A stretch of 64,000 nt of DNA from Massalongia carnosa. Its lineage: Eukaryota. Positions 26,731 through 38,439 of the stretch are shown one piece after another. Made by a program: the position numbers and the translations under genes. The notes beneath the pieces were generated by a model, which saw nothing but the letters and a program-made list of their open reading frames with translations, had not been told where the DNA came from and searched no databases. Position 1 is the stretch's first letter, and each line of letters starts with the position of its first letter. Location: assembly GCA_965645245.1 (NCBI GenBank), contig OZ287086.1:186001-250000 (forward strand), given 5' to 3'.

Positions 26731-27926
26731 GCAGCGATAACGACGGAAGAGAAATAAATCAGCGGGTGATGCTATTTGATTTGCAATCTTCGAAGCAAAA
26801 GATAACGCAGTTACGGGAAGAAGGATTGAACGACGCGGAGAACTGCATTTCGACTTAGTAGTGCTCACAACACTCACGATAAACAACTTGCAGAAATTGG
26901 AGACATCTCGATGAGTTCAGAAAGCGTCGTATGGAAAGAATCTACTATATCGTCAAGATTATTCATGTACGGGAGTTCAGCTTTGAGAATCAAGCAATTC
27001 GAATAACTTCAAACAGACCAACGTCTTCTTTTGTCACTTTCTCTCTATCAACCAACATATTATCCCACGTATCGACAGAAACTCCCCTTCCAAAAAATCC
27101 CTCCGCGAACAGGAAAATTGTCACATATCTCAGACCAACAATCAAGATCCATTCCCCCGTCCGCGACACCTCCAATCTTTTCATCATTATTATCACTCTT
27201 GTAAATCCCCCCAATCCTTCTTCCAACCACTGATTTCCTTTCCGAAAACCGATTAATTCTGATTCACAAATACGGAAGTAATCAGACGAGATCTATAGAT
27301 TTGTAATAGGGTAGGCCTAGTATGCGTTCGTTGAACGTAAGACTGGCCTATGTGGCTATGTGGGATACGTACAGCCAAAACAACCACCAAGACAATAAGG
27401 TCCCGCCTAACCCAGTTAGGCATAGTGTGGGGACTTAACTTATTATGGAGGTGTTTTCGTAGTACACGAAGTATCCCCTCGCCTCGCCTCACCTCCCCTA
27501 GCTCGCCTGCCTAGTCTCATCTACCCGTGTCTTTCGGTGACCGAAGTATTTCGGAGACCGAAAATACCAGGTAGTATGGGCAAGGTACGGAAGAAAAGCT
27601 TAGGTTGTGGATTGTCCTATCCTATATAGATCAATGATCAAGCACTTCAAAAGGGTAGCACTTAGTCTACCCTTTGACCCGACCCAACCTATTTGTACCT
27701 CTATTGTGACCATCACGTTGTGTAGCCACTGTAGATCCCCTCTTCCAGTAGTGAATGCCTGCTGGGAGACGGTCTCCCCGTTTCAAGATTCAATATTTCA
27801 ACAATTTATCGGAAAGTTGTACAATATCTAGTTTAGATATCTTCTATTGAACATGATTTCTGGATCTAAGCTCTTGATAACTGAAGAAAAATTTATCTTT
27901 TAAATAAACAGTTGAAAGTTAAATGA

Positions 27927-28200
27927 TGTTGAAAGAGCTATATGAATATGGCTCAATGGCTATGTAATAATAAAGGTATGTATGACCGTTATGTTAAAGA
28001 TGAAGAGTTGCTAGGCAGCAATCTTTTCCTATTAGTGGTCACCCTCTTCTAAGCGAGGTGATCTTATCTTATCTTGGGACTAAGCCTAATGCGGCATCTA
28101 CGGTTTCCGTAGATGATCTGTCCATCTAGGGCAGCCGTAGGTGCTATGTTCATCGTACTGATAGTTGTTCATTGTGCTGGTAGGAATTGGATATTCAACA
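27927..28200 (-). repeat. Solo LTR family B (274 bp)
   Basis: TGTTGAA...TTCAACA, TSD AATGA. Confidence 0.93.
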
Positions 28201-28206
28201 AATGAT

Positions 28207-28777
28207 TGTAACGGTTCGACCAAGCGTGGTGCGGACGGCAGGACCTACAGCGAACATAGCAGGAGTCCCAGTTATAGTAGAATAGAGTTTAGTCTGCGGA
28301 CTAAGTATTGTGCCTTTTGGTCGGGAAGGACAGGTGGCGTAATGGTAGAAATCTATTCACTATCTCGCTTCGTCATAGAATACTTAGTCATCAATCGGTG
28401 TACCAGTCGTGAGTTCGATTCCTGACCTGAGTTCCTCGCTTTTTCGCCTTGCTTCGACGGACTAAAGCTAGGACGAAACGGGAAAGCGTTGGATGAAAAC
28501 TCTCTAAGTCGGATCGGCGAGGGCAGTACGCTAAGAAGAGCCCATTCTTCGGGGCTAACTATAACTGGAAGCGGCTAGGGGCTAGCCGCAGCTAGACGGG
28601 CGGTAGTGTATCGGTTCGACCAAGCGTGGTGCGGACGGCAGGACCTACAGCGAACATAGCAGAAGTCCCAGTTATTGTAGAATAGAGCTTGGTCTGCGGA
28701 CTAAGTATAGTGCCTTTTGGTCGGGAAGGAAAGGTGGCGCAATGGTAGAAATCTATTCACTATCTCGCTTCGTCACA
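28207..28777 (+). mobile_element. TRIM: two 171-bp family C LTRs (28207-28377, 28607-28777) around a 229-bp non-coding interior
   Basis: Direct repeats, TSD ATGAT, purine-rich tract before the 3' LTR; second copy at 40214-40784. Confidence 0.95.
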
Positions 28778-28912
28778 ATGATGATTGCTTGCATTTTTAA
28801 AAAGAATATTTCAAAATTATCTAAATATGTTGCAATGCTAAAAGAACTTCGATTAATATATTATTCGAGTTACATATCGCTTACTGCTTGATTATTAAAT
28901 TAACTGATATAT

Positions 28913-29063
28913 AGTTAAATTGTATATCAGGTAGGGTGGAGAGAAGACTGTATGAAGGTGTGTTCTATTGAGATCTGTCTACATGGCTATTATATACTGC
29001 CTAGCGCGCCAAGGCTCGGAGGGCTGCGCTACACCCGCAAAGGGGTTGGAGGATAATTTAACA
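28913..29063. repeat. Probable short solo LTR (151 bp)
   Basis: AGTTAAAT...ATTTAACA inverted ends with TSD TATAT; only one copy in the window. Confidence 0.6.
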
Positions 29064-29414
29064 TATATCTTCTTAATAAGGATTTTCTTCAGCGAAATCT
29101 CATAATTTTTCTTCTTTAATCTCAAACTTAATAATTTGATGAATTACTTTAAACGTAAAATAAGGGATTGTATAGTAACATTAAGACTGCTCCTCTTTGC
29201 ACCCCTGAATAAGCTGGTGTCTAAGCGTTTATAGAGTCTTATTCGCGGCTATAATGAGAAGCTATTGACAAGTAAGTAAACTCGTATTATATTCTTTGCC
29301 TCTATTCGACTCATGCTGAGTAGTCAGAATTAGATTGGGAACAATTCTCATCAAGATTAAATTGATTACCTTCGCTGTTTGCGATCGTCGCTACAAGTAG
29401 TGTTCCATATTGAA

Positions 29415-29585
29415 TGTGACGAAGCGAGATAGTGAATAGATTTCTACTATTGCGCCACCTGTCCTTCCCGACCAAAAGGCACAATACTTAGTCCGCAGAC
29501 CAAGCTCTATTCTACTATAACTGGGTCTCCTGCTATGTTTGCTGTAGGTCCTGCCGTCCGCACCACGCTTGGTCGAACCGTTACA
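29415..29585 (-). repeat. Solo LTR family C
   Basis: TGTGAC...GTTACA, TSD TTGAA. Confidence 0.93.
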
Positions 29586-29926
29586 TTGAAAAGATATACA
29601 ATCGTAGAATACAGAGGCAAATAGAACCCTCCTTAAAAAAAGACCTCGCGACTACCTTCTTTTAGCTCCCTATAACATTTACTACAGACCCATTGCAATA
29701 TACCAATTATAGAACTTGCCGCGAAGGAGACTCCTTAAAAAATAACTAGGAGGCCGAACCGAACGGAAGGCCTTTTTCATTATAAGAAGGTTCCATCTTT
29801 TCAAGACGGAGGTAACCGAACGGGGCCTAAATAATAATTTTATTAATTTATCAGTAAAAATATTATTTGCTGATAATCAATTTATAATTATTTTTCTCTT
29901 AAATATTTCCTGACAAATTCAATGCT

Positions 29927-30076
29927 TAAGTCACACAACGGGTTGAGTTTTAGTCTTAAAACTGCTTTTTCGTCGTCGAGTTTTTCTTTCAAAACTTTAC
30001 CCGGACATCAAAAATTTTAAGATTCGTTACAAACGGGTTGGGTTTCAGTTGAGAAACTCGACCAGTTGCCGGCGTA
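29927..30076. mobile_element. Degenerate MITE of the TACGCCGCGCAA family
   Basis: Aligns along its length with 55696-55847 and 62200-62332. Confidence 0.7.
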
Positions 30077-30429
30077 ACAACGATTTCGAAATCATTAAAA
30101 AAATTTATTTATTATCATCATTTCAATTCGAAGTCTGAAAAGAATCCTTCTGATTAGAAAAAATATTGAATATCAGCGAAGACGGAGCTAATGAAAGCAA
30201 CAATCAAGGATTCCGTTATCGAAACGACGAAGAAATGCTCATAAAAAGAAGCAATATTAGTAATCGTCACGAATGTCAAATCGAATTACGAAGTCACTTC
30301 TTGCGATTCGATCGACGAAAGTTTATGAATTACGAGCTCGACTTCTTATTTTGAACTTCTTCAATGACTTCTAAAGTTCGAGAGATTTGTACAGTGCAAA
30401 ATCTTAAGCATTTATAGAATTGTCGTATT

Positions 30430-30781
30430 TGTGACGGTTCAACCAGGATGTGGAATTGACTATCTACTGGGAAGCTATGCACTAGAAAATATCAAAGATG
30501 CAGAATGGAAACAAGCAAAGGGTGCCCTCTCTAGGAGTCTATATAGATAATCGCTTGGCCCGATCCAGGTGCTTGTCTCTTCATCAATAAGTGAACAGTT
30601 TAGTCAAACAGTCTCTCTACCCTTTGTCCCTTTGATCCATTTGTGTTTGCTTTAGAAGGTCGTTCCGATTCGTCCATCCTTATGATTGCTAAAAGGGTTG
30701 AGTAACGGAAGCTGTTAGTGCGCCGGCAGATGCCGTAATTTCCTTTGATTGGCCTTGGGTGGATATGGTTGAACCGTGACA
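30430..30781. repeat. Solo LTR (352 bp)
   Basis: TGTGACGGTTCAACCA...TGGTTGAACCGTGACA, TSD GTATT. Confidence 0.85.
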
Positions 30782-30792
30782 GTATTCACGAG

Positions 30793-30885
30793 TACGCCGC
30801 GCAACGGGTTTGGGTCGGGTTTTCGGGTCGGGTTCGTGTTTTTTATGCGGGTTTCCGGGTTAAACAGTTCGACCCGGTCAGTTTT
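30793..30885. mobile_element. Orphan hAT-like terminus with CGGGTT subterminal repeats
   Basis: Starts TACGCCGCGCAACGGGTT, the same TIR as the MITEs. Confidence 0.65.
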
Positions 30886-31008
30886 TTCTGCAAATTAAAC
30901 ATGAGAATTTGACGAAAATATAATGATTAAAGTAATAAAAGTTTTGCTTAATAATCATCATTTCTTGATGACGAATTTTCAGACTTTTCAGAAATTTCAA
31001 ACGTGTTA

Positions 31009-33852
31009 ATGATGATGATGATGATGATTCTTATTCCGATGTGGTACCGTCCGAAGGCCGGCCAATGCGGGCGAGTCTATCTAGTTTTATAGTACATGGA
31101 AAACCTTTTGAGGAAGAAAAACCATGCAATCCTGTGTCCGGCCGAGGACCCTCCGGGTCCCAGCCGTGTGCTCCATGAAAGAACCTTCGACCTAAGACAA
31201 GTATGAAAAATGAAACAAAGTATGCCTAATGTTAGCAGTATAGATGCTGTGCTGTCAGCGAAAATTGTGACAACAAACCTGTCTTCATTAGCCACTTTGT
31301 GACTAATTTCATTGCTTTAGATGACTCAATAATTAATCGATAGTTGTTTGTGTCTATCGTATTTAGCAGAGTTTTTCTGTTGTCGTTGAGTTTGCAAAAC
31401 ATGATCACATGTTTTGTAGTCTGTTTGTGCCAGCCACATGAGCAATATGGGGACGAGACGTCTGGAACTCGGTGTCTATGTAGGAAGGCGGCTAGGCCTA
31501 TCTTTTCTGAGCGTGTCTGAATGGCTAGCGCGCTCTCCGCATTGGCTAGAGTTTCGTGCAATTTGATGCGTTTTTTGGAGAGTGAACCTGATTGTGCCGG
31601 GGTAGGAACGGGTGTGCGTTCCTGATATAATCTCCACGAGGCCTGCTATGCAACTGTGTGTCGTTTTTTGATTTCAGCAGTTATTTTGTTATGAGAGGCG
31701 CGTGCCTCCCCTATTTCTCGGGTGAGATTCGGGGGGGATTCGGCCCATGGTGGATTTGGTGTCGGTGTTGGAGGGTTATGTGCCTCCGATGTGATTCTCT
31801 TAGCCCAGGCGTATTTCAGCGTTCCTGGAGTGATGACTGGGGCCCTCTTGCGTCCTGCCCGACCTCGAAGTTTATTGGTTATTTTGTTGCATGCATTTGT
31901 GATGAAACTCTTTTGACCATTTCGACATAGGCGTTGTCTGGTCTGGGCTTGTAGTTGATCTAAATGTATGTCAACTGAGGCTATAAATGTCTCTGCATCT
32001 AGTACAGCTATAGGCGTTGCCTTGAAGGCTCCGGCTATGTTTCTTAGACATTTGTTTTATATGATAGCAAGTTTGTTTGAGATAACGTTTGATTTTTGAA
32101 TTTCTTTTGGCATGTGCCAAATGGTGGAGCCGTACGTCATGGCCGGCCTGACTACGGCGGTGTAAACCTGGCGTGTCTTTAGAAGAGTGGCGCCCTATGT
32201 GGAGGTGGATATTTTTGTCAATGCCCTAGATTTTTTTGTCATTTTTTCCTGGATTTTCCTTGTATGAGCACCCCATTTCAATTTTGAATCGATTTGAAGT
32301 CCTAGAATTCTGATATCTGTCTTTGGTTTTTTGATTTTATTTACTATTTAAATAACAGTAAACATGTTGAATTTCTTCGGAGCGAAGACTGAATCATGTC
32401 GACTTGCCTATTTTTCACATTTTTTGTGAATTACATCTAGCGTCTTGCAATTTTCTTCGGTGCTTTTTCCGTATGCTAGCACATTGATGTCATCTAGGAA
32501 GCCTAGAGCACAAGTGTTGCTGCCTGGTCTTTCACATATGTCTAGTAGGTCTGCATTGTAGAACAGATAAAGAATAGGAGAAATGGGGGAGCCTTGTGGA
32601 ATTCCGGTTTTTACATCGAATATGCCCGTGACTCGGCTGTGAATCGCCATGGTAGTGGTTCTTTCATTCAGAAAACAGTTCACCTAGTCAGTGATCCATT
32701 TTGGGATTTTACTTTTGCGAAGATTGTGAATCAGTCTTCGATGTGTCACTGTGTCATAGGCTCCTGCTACGTCCATGCTCAATAATATGGCTACTTTGTC
32801 TGTGCCTTGGCCCTACACTGTATGAATTTGTTTAGTCAACAATTCTAGTGCAGATTCGGCTGATCTTCCTCGTCTGGCGCCCATCTCGGTGTCGGGTAGG
32901 AGTCGGTGGGTTTCCGCTAGATGGGTTATTTTTTGTGACATGATGGATTCCATTACTTTTCCAAGCGTGTTTAGGAGTGCTATGGGTCGATAGCCGTTTG
33001 GGGCCGAATAGTCATCCTTGCCTGTTTTCTTGAGCGTGATTGTGTTGGCGGTTGTGAATGCACGAGGATAATATGCTTGTTCTACACATGCTTGAAACAG
33101 TGGGGTGAGTAATTTGACTAGCTTTTCCGAGCATGCCTTTACAATTCTGTTGGCTACTCCGTCCGGTCCCGGGGCCGTATCGGGCTTGAGTCGGCGTATG
33201 GCTTCCAGCACCTCTAGTTTGGTTATGATCATTAGACATTGTGGCGGGCTGGGGTAAAATGAACCCTCTATTTCGCTGAGGTCGGCCAGAGGGGCGGGTG
33301 GAAAGAATTTCTGTTTTAGCATGTCTGATTTCTCCTCGATCGTCTCTGCTACTTTGTCGTCTCGAACGAGATTGGGCATTTTGGGAATTTCTCTTGTCTG
33401 TTCACTTTTGTCTTTCGCCCATTTTGCTAGTCGCCAGAGACCAGTCGTCGATTCGGTGACTTTTTCTATTTCCTTGCGGAACGATAGTCTTTTAGCCTTT
33501 TGAATGATTTTTTGTTTTCTGTGATTGGATGTTGTGTATGTTATCCAATCAGAAATGTCTCTGGAATTGGACCAGACACGTCTGAGCCTACGAGTTTCTT
33601 TCGTGATCACACTGCATTCATCATTCCAAAAGGGTTTGGCGTACTTACTGGGTCTAGCCTAAGGTACAGAGGTTTCTATCACTTCTTGAAGAAATTTTTG
33701 AATCGACACGGTGTAAGCATCGATTTCGGCGGGGGATTGGGGTATCTTCGAGGGGGGCGCCCTCTTTTCCGCTTCTCTCAGTTTTCTCATATTCGTCAGT
33801 TTCCAGGCCCTGCGTTCTCTGATAGTTTGAACCTCACTGTTCAGCGCAATTC
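31009..33852 (-). mobile_element. Tad1-like LINE copy 1 (RT and C-terminal part of ORF2, 5'-truncated, multiple stops)
   Basis: (ATC)n tail; APGPDG, YRPIALLNTLGK, GIPQGSPISPILY and FLDD motifs; C-terminal CCHC-like motif; colinear with copy 2. Confidence 0.95.
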
Positions 33853-36800
33853 ACATCAAACGCCAGCGGCTGGTACAGCAAGGATGTCCCTGGCAACCAT
33901 ACTCATTTGTGGAAATTCCGGCTCGAGATCTTTCCACTGTTGTAGAATAGGACCCGAACAATTATGCATCGCTGTGTATTGTAAATAAGTTGTACACAAT
34001 GAGAAAAGACCTGATTTATTGTATCAGTTAACCTACCTCGCCGACGATAGCAGTTGAACTCGTCATCTAGAGCGAGCGGAGTAACATTATTCGTACTTAG
34101 AAGAAGATCCAGATTATTCAACTCTCGAATGACCGCGACATTACGCCCGCGTACTTGTGAGGTTTGAGAATACTCGTAGATATCGAATTCCGCTTCCAGA
34201 GATTGCCAATATTGATCTTCCCATCGACTTTCCCCATAGGGCGCATCCCAATTGGGACCCTTGAAAATTAGGTCCTTCTTATTGGGAGATAGCAATGCCG
34301 CCTTTCCATATAGATAACCTAATGAACCCCTGAGTTTTAGAATAGTATTGACGTAATTTCGTTGCAGCCGCCTCGATGCCATTCAATAGCGCACGTTTCC
34401 ACGATACTCGCTTACGAGATAATCTTGCGCGAGCTTGATCCAGATGATCGAACAGCTTATTGTAGATCTCGAACACCTGATGAATGGTCGGTTGCTTTGA
34501 TTGACCAATCATCTTTGTGAAGACGCAGAATAGCTTCGTTAAATCAATAAGATATTCTATCTGTGACCATTCCACGTCGAGCAATCTCAAATACTCGGCT
34601 TCATATTTATCATGATATCTATTCAGCGCTTGTCGCAACTTGAGCGCTCGATTTAACATTTGACATGTGGAGTCCTATCGAGTATTTACATCTTGAAAAA
34701 GCTTAAGTAATGTAACGCTGGCCGAGTTTCCAGTGCGTCTCTCTTCGTCATTCAATGCTCGTTGAACAGCGTAGAAGTTCTCCTTACGTAAATTGCTACT
34801 GTTAATGTAAACAGCTAATGCTCGAACCTAATCGAAATTTAGAACGACTACCACAACCTACCACAAAATAAATCTTGCCTTAGCTAGCGTAAGGGGAACT
34901 CCAGGTGTCGGGTTTTCGAAATCCCGTCTATCTTACTTATCATACCAGCTAGTTTTGAAATCGGCATTTTTGGGATTAATGTGAATACACCCAAGTAGCT
35001 GTTTCACGGCAAGTTGGATTACATGCTATAAACAAGGCACTCGCTGTATCTCATTAGCATCAGTGTGTAGAAGTGCCAAGGCTCGATTGCTTCGTATCAT
35101 TCGTCGTAACTCATCTACCATCGTTGTGTTATTAGATGCACTCTCTGTGGTAAATGCCAAAACACGATCTTCAATAGAATTTCTAATTAAAACGCTGTTC
35201 AATACTTCAGCAAGTTTTATTCCCGTGTGTGAGCCTTCAACGTGTTCGAAGGCAAGAAGCACTTCGTGATAATTCCATTTATCGTCAATGAAGTAAGCAT
35301 TGATGGCCAGATAACCTTGACGATTAAATGACGACCAATAATCCAAAGCCAGAGAGACCTTTGAACTACCCCTAGGTAGCCTCTCGAGCAAAAGCGGTAT
35401 AATCTCTTGACTTCGGGTCATCAAGCGATTCTTGATTGTCGATGGTTAAGGAAACTGTATATTATCGAGCAGAAAGTTGAACGCTCTTTGCAATTCGACA
35501 TTGGCGACACTTCGTAACGGTAGCCCAAGAGCAACAATCATACGAAGCAATTGAGGCGTGAAATCATCCTTTTTTAGTCTACGCCCGTTGAGAGTTAAGG
35601 CCTCTTGTCTTTTTGCTTCAATCTAATATTGATTAGCAAATCACGTAATGTGGTAGTCATTGTGGTAGTCATACTTCGGCACGGTATCCGACCATTAAGG
35701 AAAGTTGCTTCATTCCTTTCAATGTCGACGTCTTTTTACAGGACTCGGAATTTAAGTGATTAGTCATGCAGTTATTTCCGGATCCCAGTAAGGGATGAGT
35801 CAAGACCAGGGAGAATCGCGAGCAGATTATTTTGGGATTACCCTCGCCCACAGTGGCGCCTTCCTGAAACTCTTTCCATTCCGCCGCCTTTCTTTTGGTC
35901 GATCCCCAATCGATCTTCTTCATCGCCTTTCTACTCTTCTCTTCATTAGCAAAATGCCATCTCGTACTTCGCCACCATTTCATAAACTCCTCGCTCTTCT
36001 CGGCCACATATGCGTAGCATGTCACGAAATCAGGTCGAGGGCAAGGGCAAAGGCAAGGTGGGTTGATGGTCAAGCTTATTGATTGAGTCTATAGCTATGA
36101 ATCTAGGCTAGGCTAGGTTGGCTATTCAAGACGTTCGACAAAGAATCAGAACTTCCATGATTCGACTTCTTTCTTATATCTTTGTCCTCCTATATTCATC
36201 TTTCTAGGGTGGCGGCGAATGATGTCTAGTCAGTGCGATGATGAATGAGGGGCATTATAGCGGCAATAAGCACGATGGGGTCAGCGAGGAGACGGGAGAT
36301 GTCAAACATCAATGCGAAGCTATTAGACATGATAATAGTCGAAAGACGGGAATAAATCATCAATGCGAGGCTGATTAATGATCAGTAATCGGCGAATTCG
36401 AAGAATGATATGACGGTCCCGAAGGCATGGCACGACGTCCGTGAGTAGTCATCAGATCAAGGCACGTGATAGAGGGACGTGGTGAGGTCGGAGGCATTTC
36501 ATGACATAGCATCTGGTGGGTTTGCCCACAACTTGAAGATCGTGTATCTCTGAATGTCAGGGCATAGAAGGAATTAGGGCTAAGCTAACTAAGCGGGGCT
36601 TAGTTCTACGGCTAGGCTTAGTCATATGGAAAGCAGTTGGTCTGCGTTACGCGGTTGGTATCTACTGCCGAGAGTATAGTACGAGCGATCGAGATATACG
36701 AGGATGCTCGTACGACTAGTGAGCGGATGGTACGATACAGTCAGCACAGTGTCCACGATACAGTCAGCACAGTGTCCACGATGCAGTCAGCAGAGTGTTT

Positions 36801-37324
36801 AGCCGGCTTATCCGGTAGGAGTAATGGGCGGTCAAGATAGTTACAGTATCAAGGGCCCAGAGGGTCAAGGGCTTCGGTCCGGGTATATAAGGAGGCTGCT
36901 CGAGGGAGATGCAATCTTCAACGTTTAGTCTTCCGCTTTACCTACATACTTCTTTTAGTATATTAGTATAGCAAATCATTAGTGTCTTCACATTGTCACA
37001 TATCCCTAGGCCTGGTGTCTGCTAATCGCCAGGTCTGACTCTTACACTGAATCCATCATCTGCGAGCTGCTCATTGTTGCGAATGACGAGGATTGTATAT
37101 ATAGGAATGTATATATAGGATGTAGCAGTAGGAATGTAGCTGTAAGAATGTAACTTCATTGACTAGATTATGCTGCGATAAAGCATTAATAACTACGTTT
37201 ACGTTCTAAACACTCAGTCAAATTCAACGCATGCATACATATTCCATCTAAACTAGCCAACCCAACCTAGTCATACTGAACCTAACCATACCCAACCTAA
37301 CCTAGTTGCCAAGCGCGACCACTG
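33853..37324 (-). mobile_element. Degenerate hAT transposon (transposase relic about 33850-36100; one end at 37324)
   Basis: BED-like finger, LALDYWSS, SHTGIKLA, SASNNT, RVPCL and DVNTR motifs; terminus CAGTGGTCGCG (minus strand) with AACCT/AACCC subterminal repeats. Confidence 0.85.
36555..37046 (+). repeat. Solo LTR (492 bp) inside the hAT
   Basis: TGTCAG...CTTACA, TSD CTGAA, TATATAAG, and an internal ~23-bp tandem repeat near 36735-36792. Confidence 0.85.
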
Positions 37325-38439
37325 ATAACCTGTCTGCTTGCCTGTTTGCTTTTACGAGGTGCTTAGGGACAGCCCCCCCCGACCGTCCCCCCCCCCCCCC
37401 TGTGGTAAATCTTTGCTAGTAAACAGCCATTTCACTGCTTATCCAGGGTGCGTACATGCTAGTAATGCAACTGCCAACAGCTCATTAAACTCATTTCGGT
37501 TTAAATCGTATGACGTGTTATTGCTACTAATAATTACCCTACTCGGTCTGATAAAGCATACCCTCACCCTCACCCTCACTTACCATTTACCCTTGCCTAT
37601 AAGACCATCGGTGCAGAAAATATGTGATAAGGTGCGGAAAAAACAGTTAGATCAGGAGATTTTGTGCAATCAACAGTGAATACGCAATCCTAGATTGATC
37701 GATAGAAATGCTTTTACGCTACTTATTGGGAAAATTACGCATCATGCCATTGGCCTCGATTCAAGAGAACTCGATGCCGCCAAATCATTAGCTGAACGAA
37801 TCCTTTCTATTGTCCCTGATGGTGGAAGCTGTGTTTATGATTGTGAATTGTCTTTAAGGTACGGTCTCTGGTTGTATAACTACATAATCGACTCGGTCCC
37901 TATTCCCGTTTCCCTCATCCACCCCCGCTGGTTTTTTGATGGCCCACCTTATGTGGTCTCTTGGCAAATGACCTTCGATTTCGCTCGCGGCTCGGAGCCC
38001 GAGGTCAAAAAGATCGTCGATGAGGTCGAAGGAACTGGAAAGATTGAGGCGGATAAGGATGAGGTCGAGCTCGAAGAAGGCATGTTGAGTGAGGATAGAT
38101 TTCGCCGCGGGGGCCTTGATTTGCTACGTTCTGTAGCATATCAATCTATTGACCCGCATCAATCAATAGAAGATTCTCATCGAAGGGAGGAGTACGCTCG
38201 CGAGCATGCTCACATCGTTGAAAAGTTCAATAAGAAATGGCAAATGAAGGAGCTGGTAAGACCTCTCATCCCCACCACATTCCCCGACGAAATTCGGCCC
38301 AAAGAAAACCTCATGTATAAGAAAGGAGGGAGTCGTCGACGTGCCTACACTGGTCGCGCGGCAGCTGAGGCTAGAGAAACTGAACAGCGACGTACTAGGC
38401 GAAGGGACTCTATTGAACAAAGGTGAAGGCTTAGATATA

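Noticed and set aside
27253..27803. LTR-like segment with TATATA and a TTCAACA end
   Set aside because: No matching TG start with a TSD and no second copy in the window.
28165..28425. Recurrent peptide GADGRTYSEHSRSPSY (also near 17378, 57116, 57831)
   Set aside because: It is a translation of the 171-bp family C LTR; starts and stops come from unrelated flanks.
28325..28430. Possible tRNA gene
   Set aside because: A- and B-box-like motifs are present but I could not build acceptor and anticodon stems; kept only as a promoter-like finding.
28207..29585. Repeat-spacer-repeat pattern resembling a CRISPR array
   Set aside because: The repeats are 171-bp LTRs with 5-bp TSDs in a eukaryotic context, and no cas genes are present.
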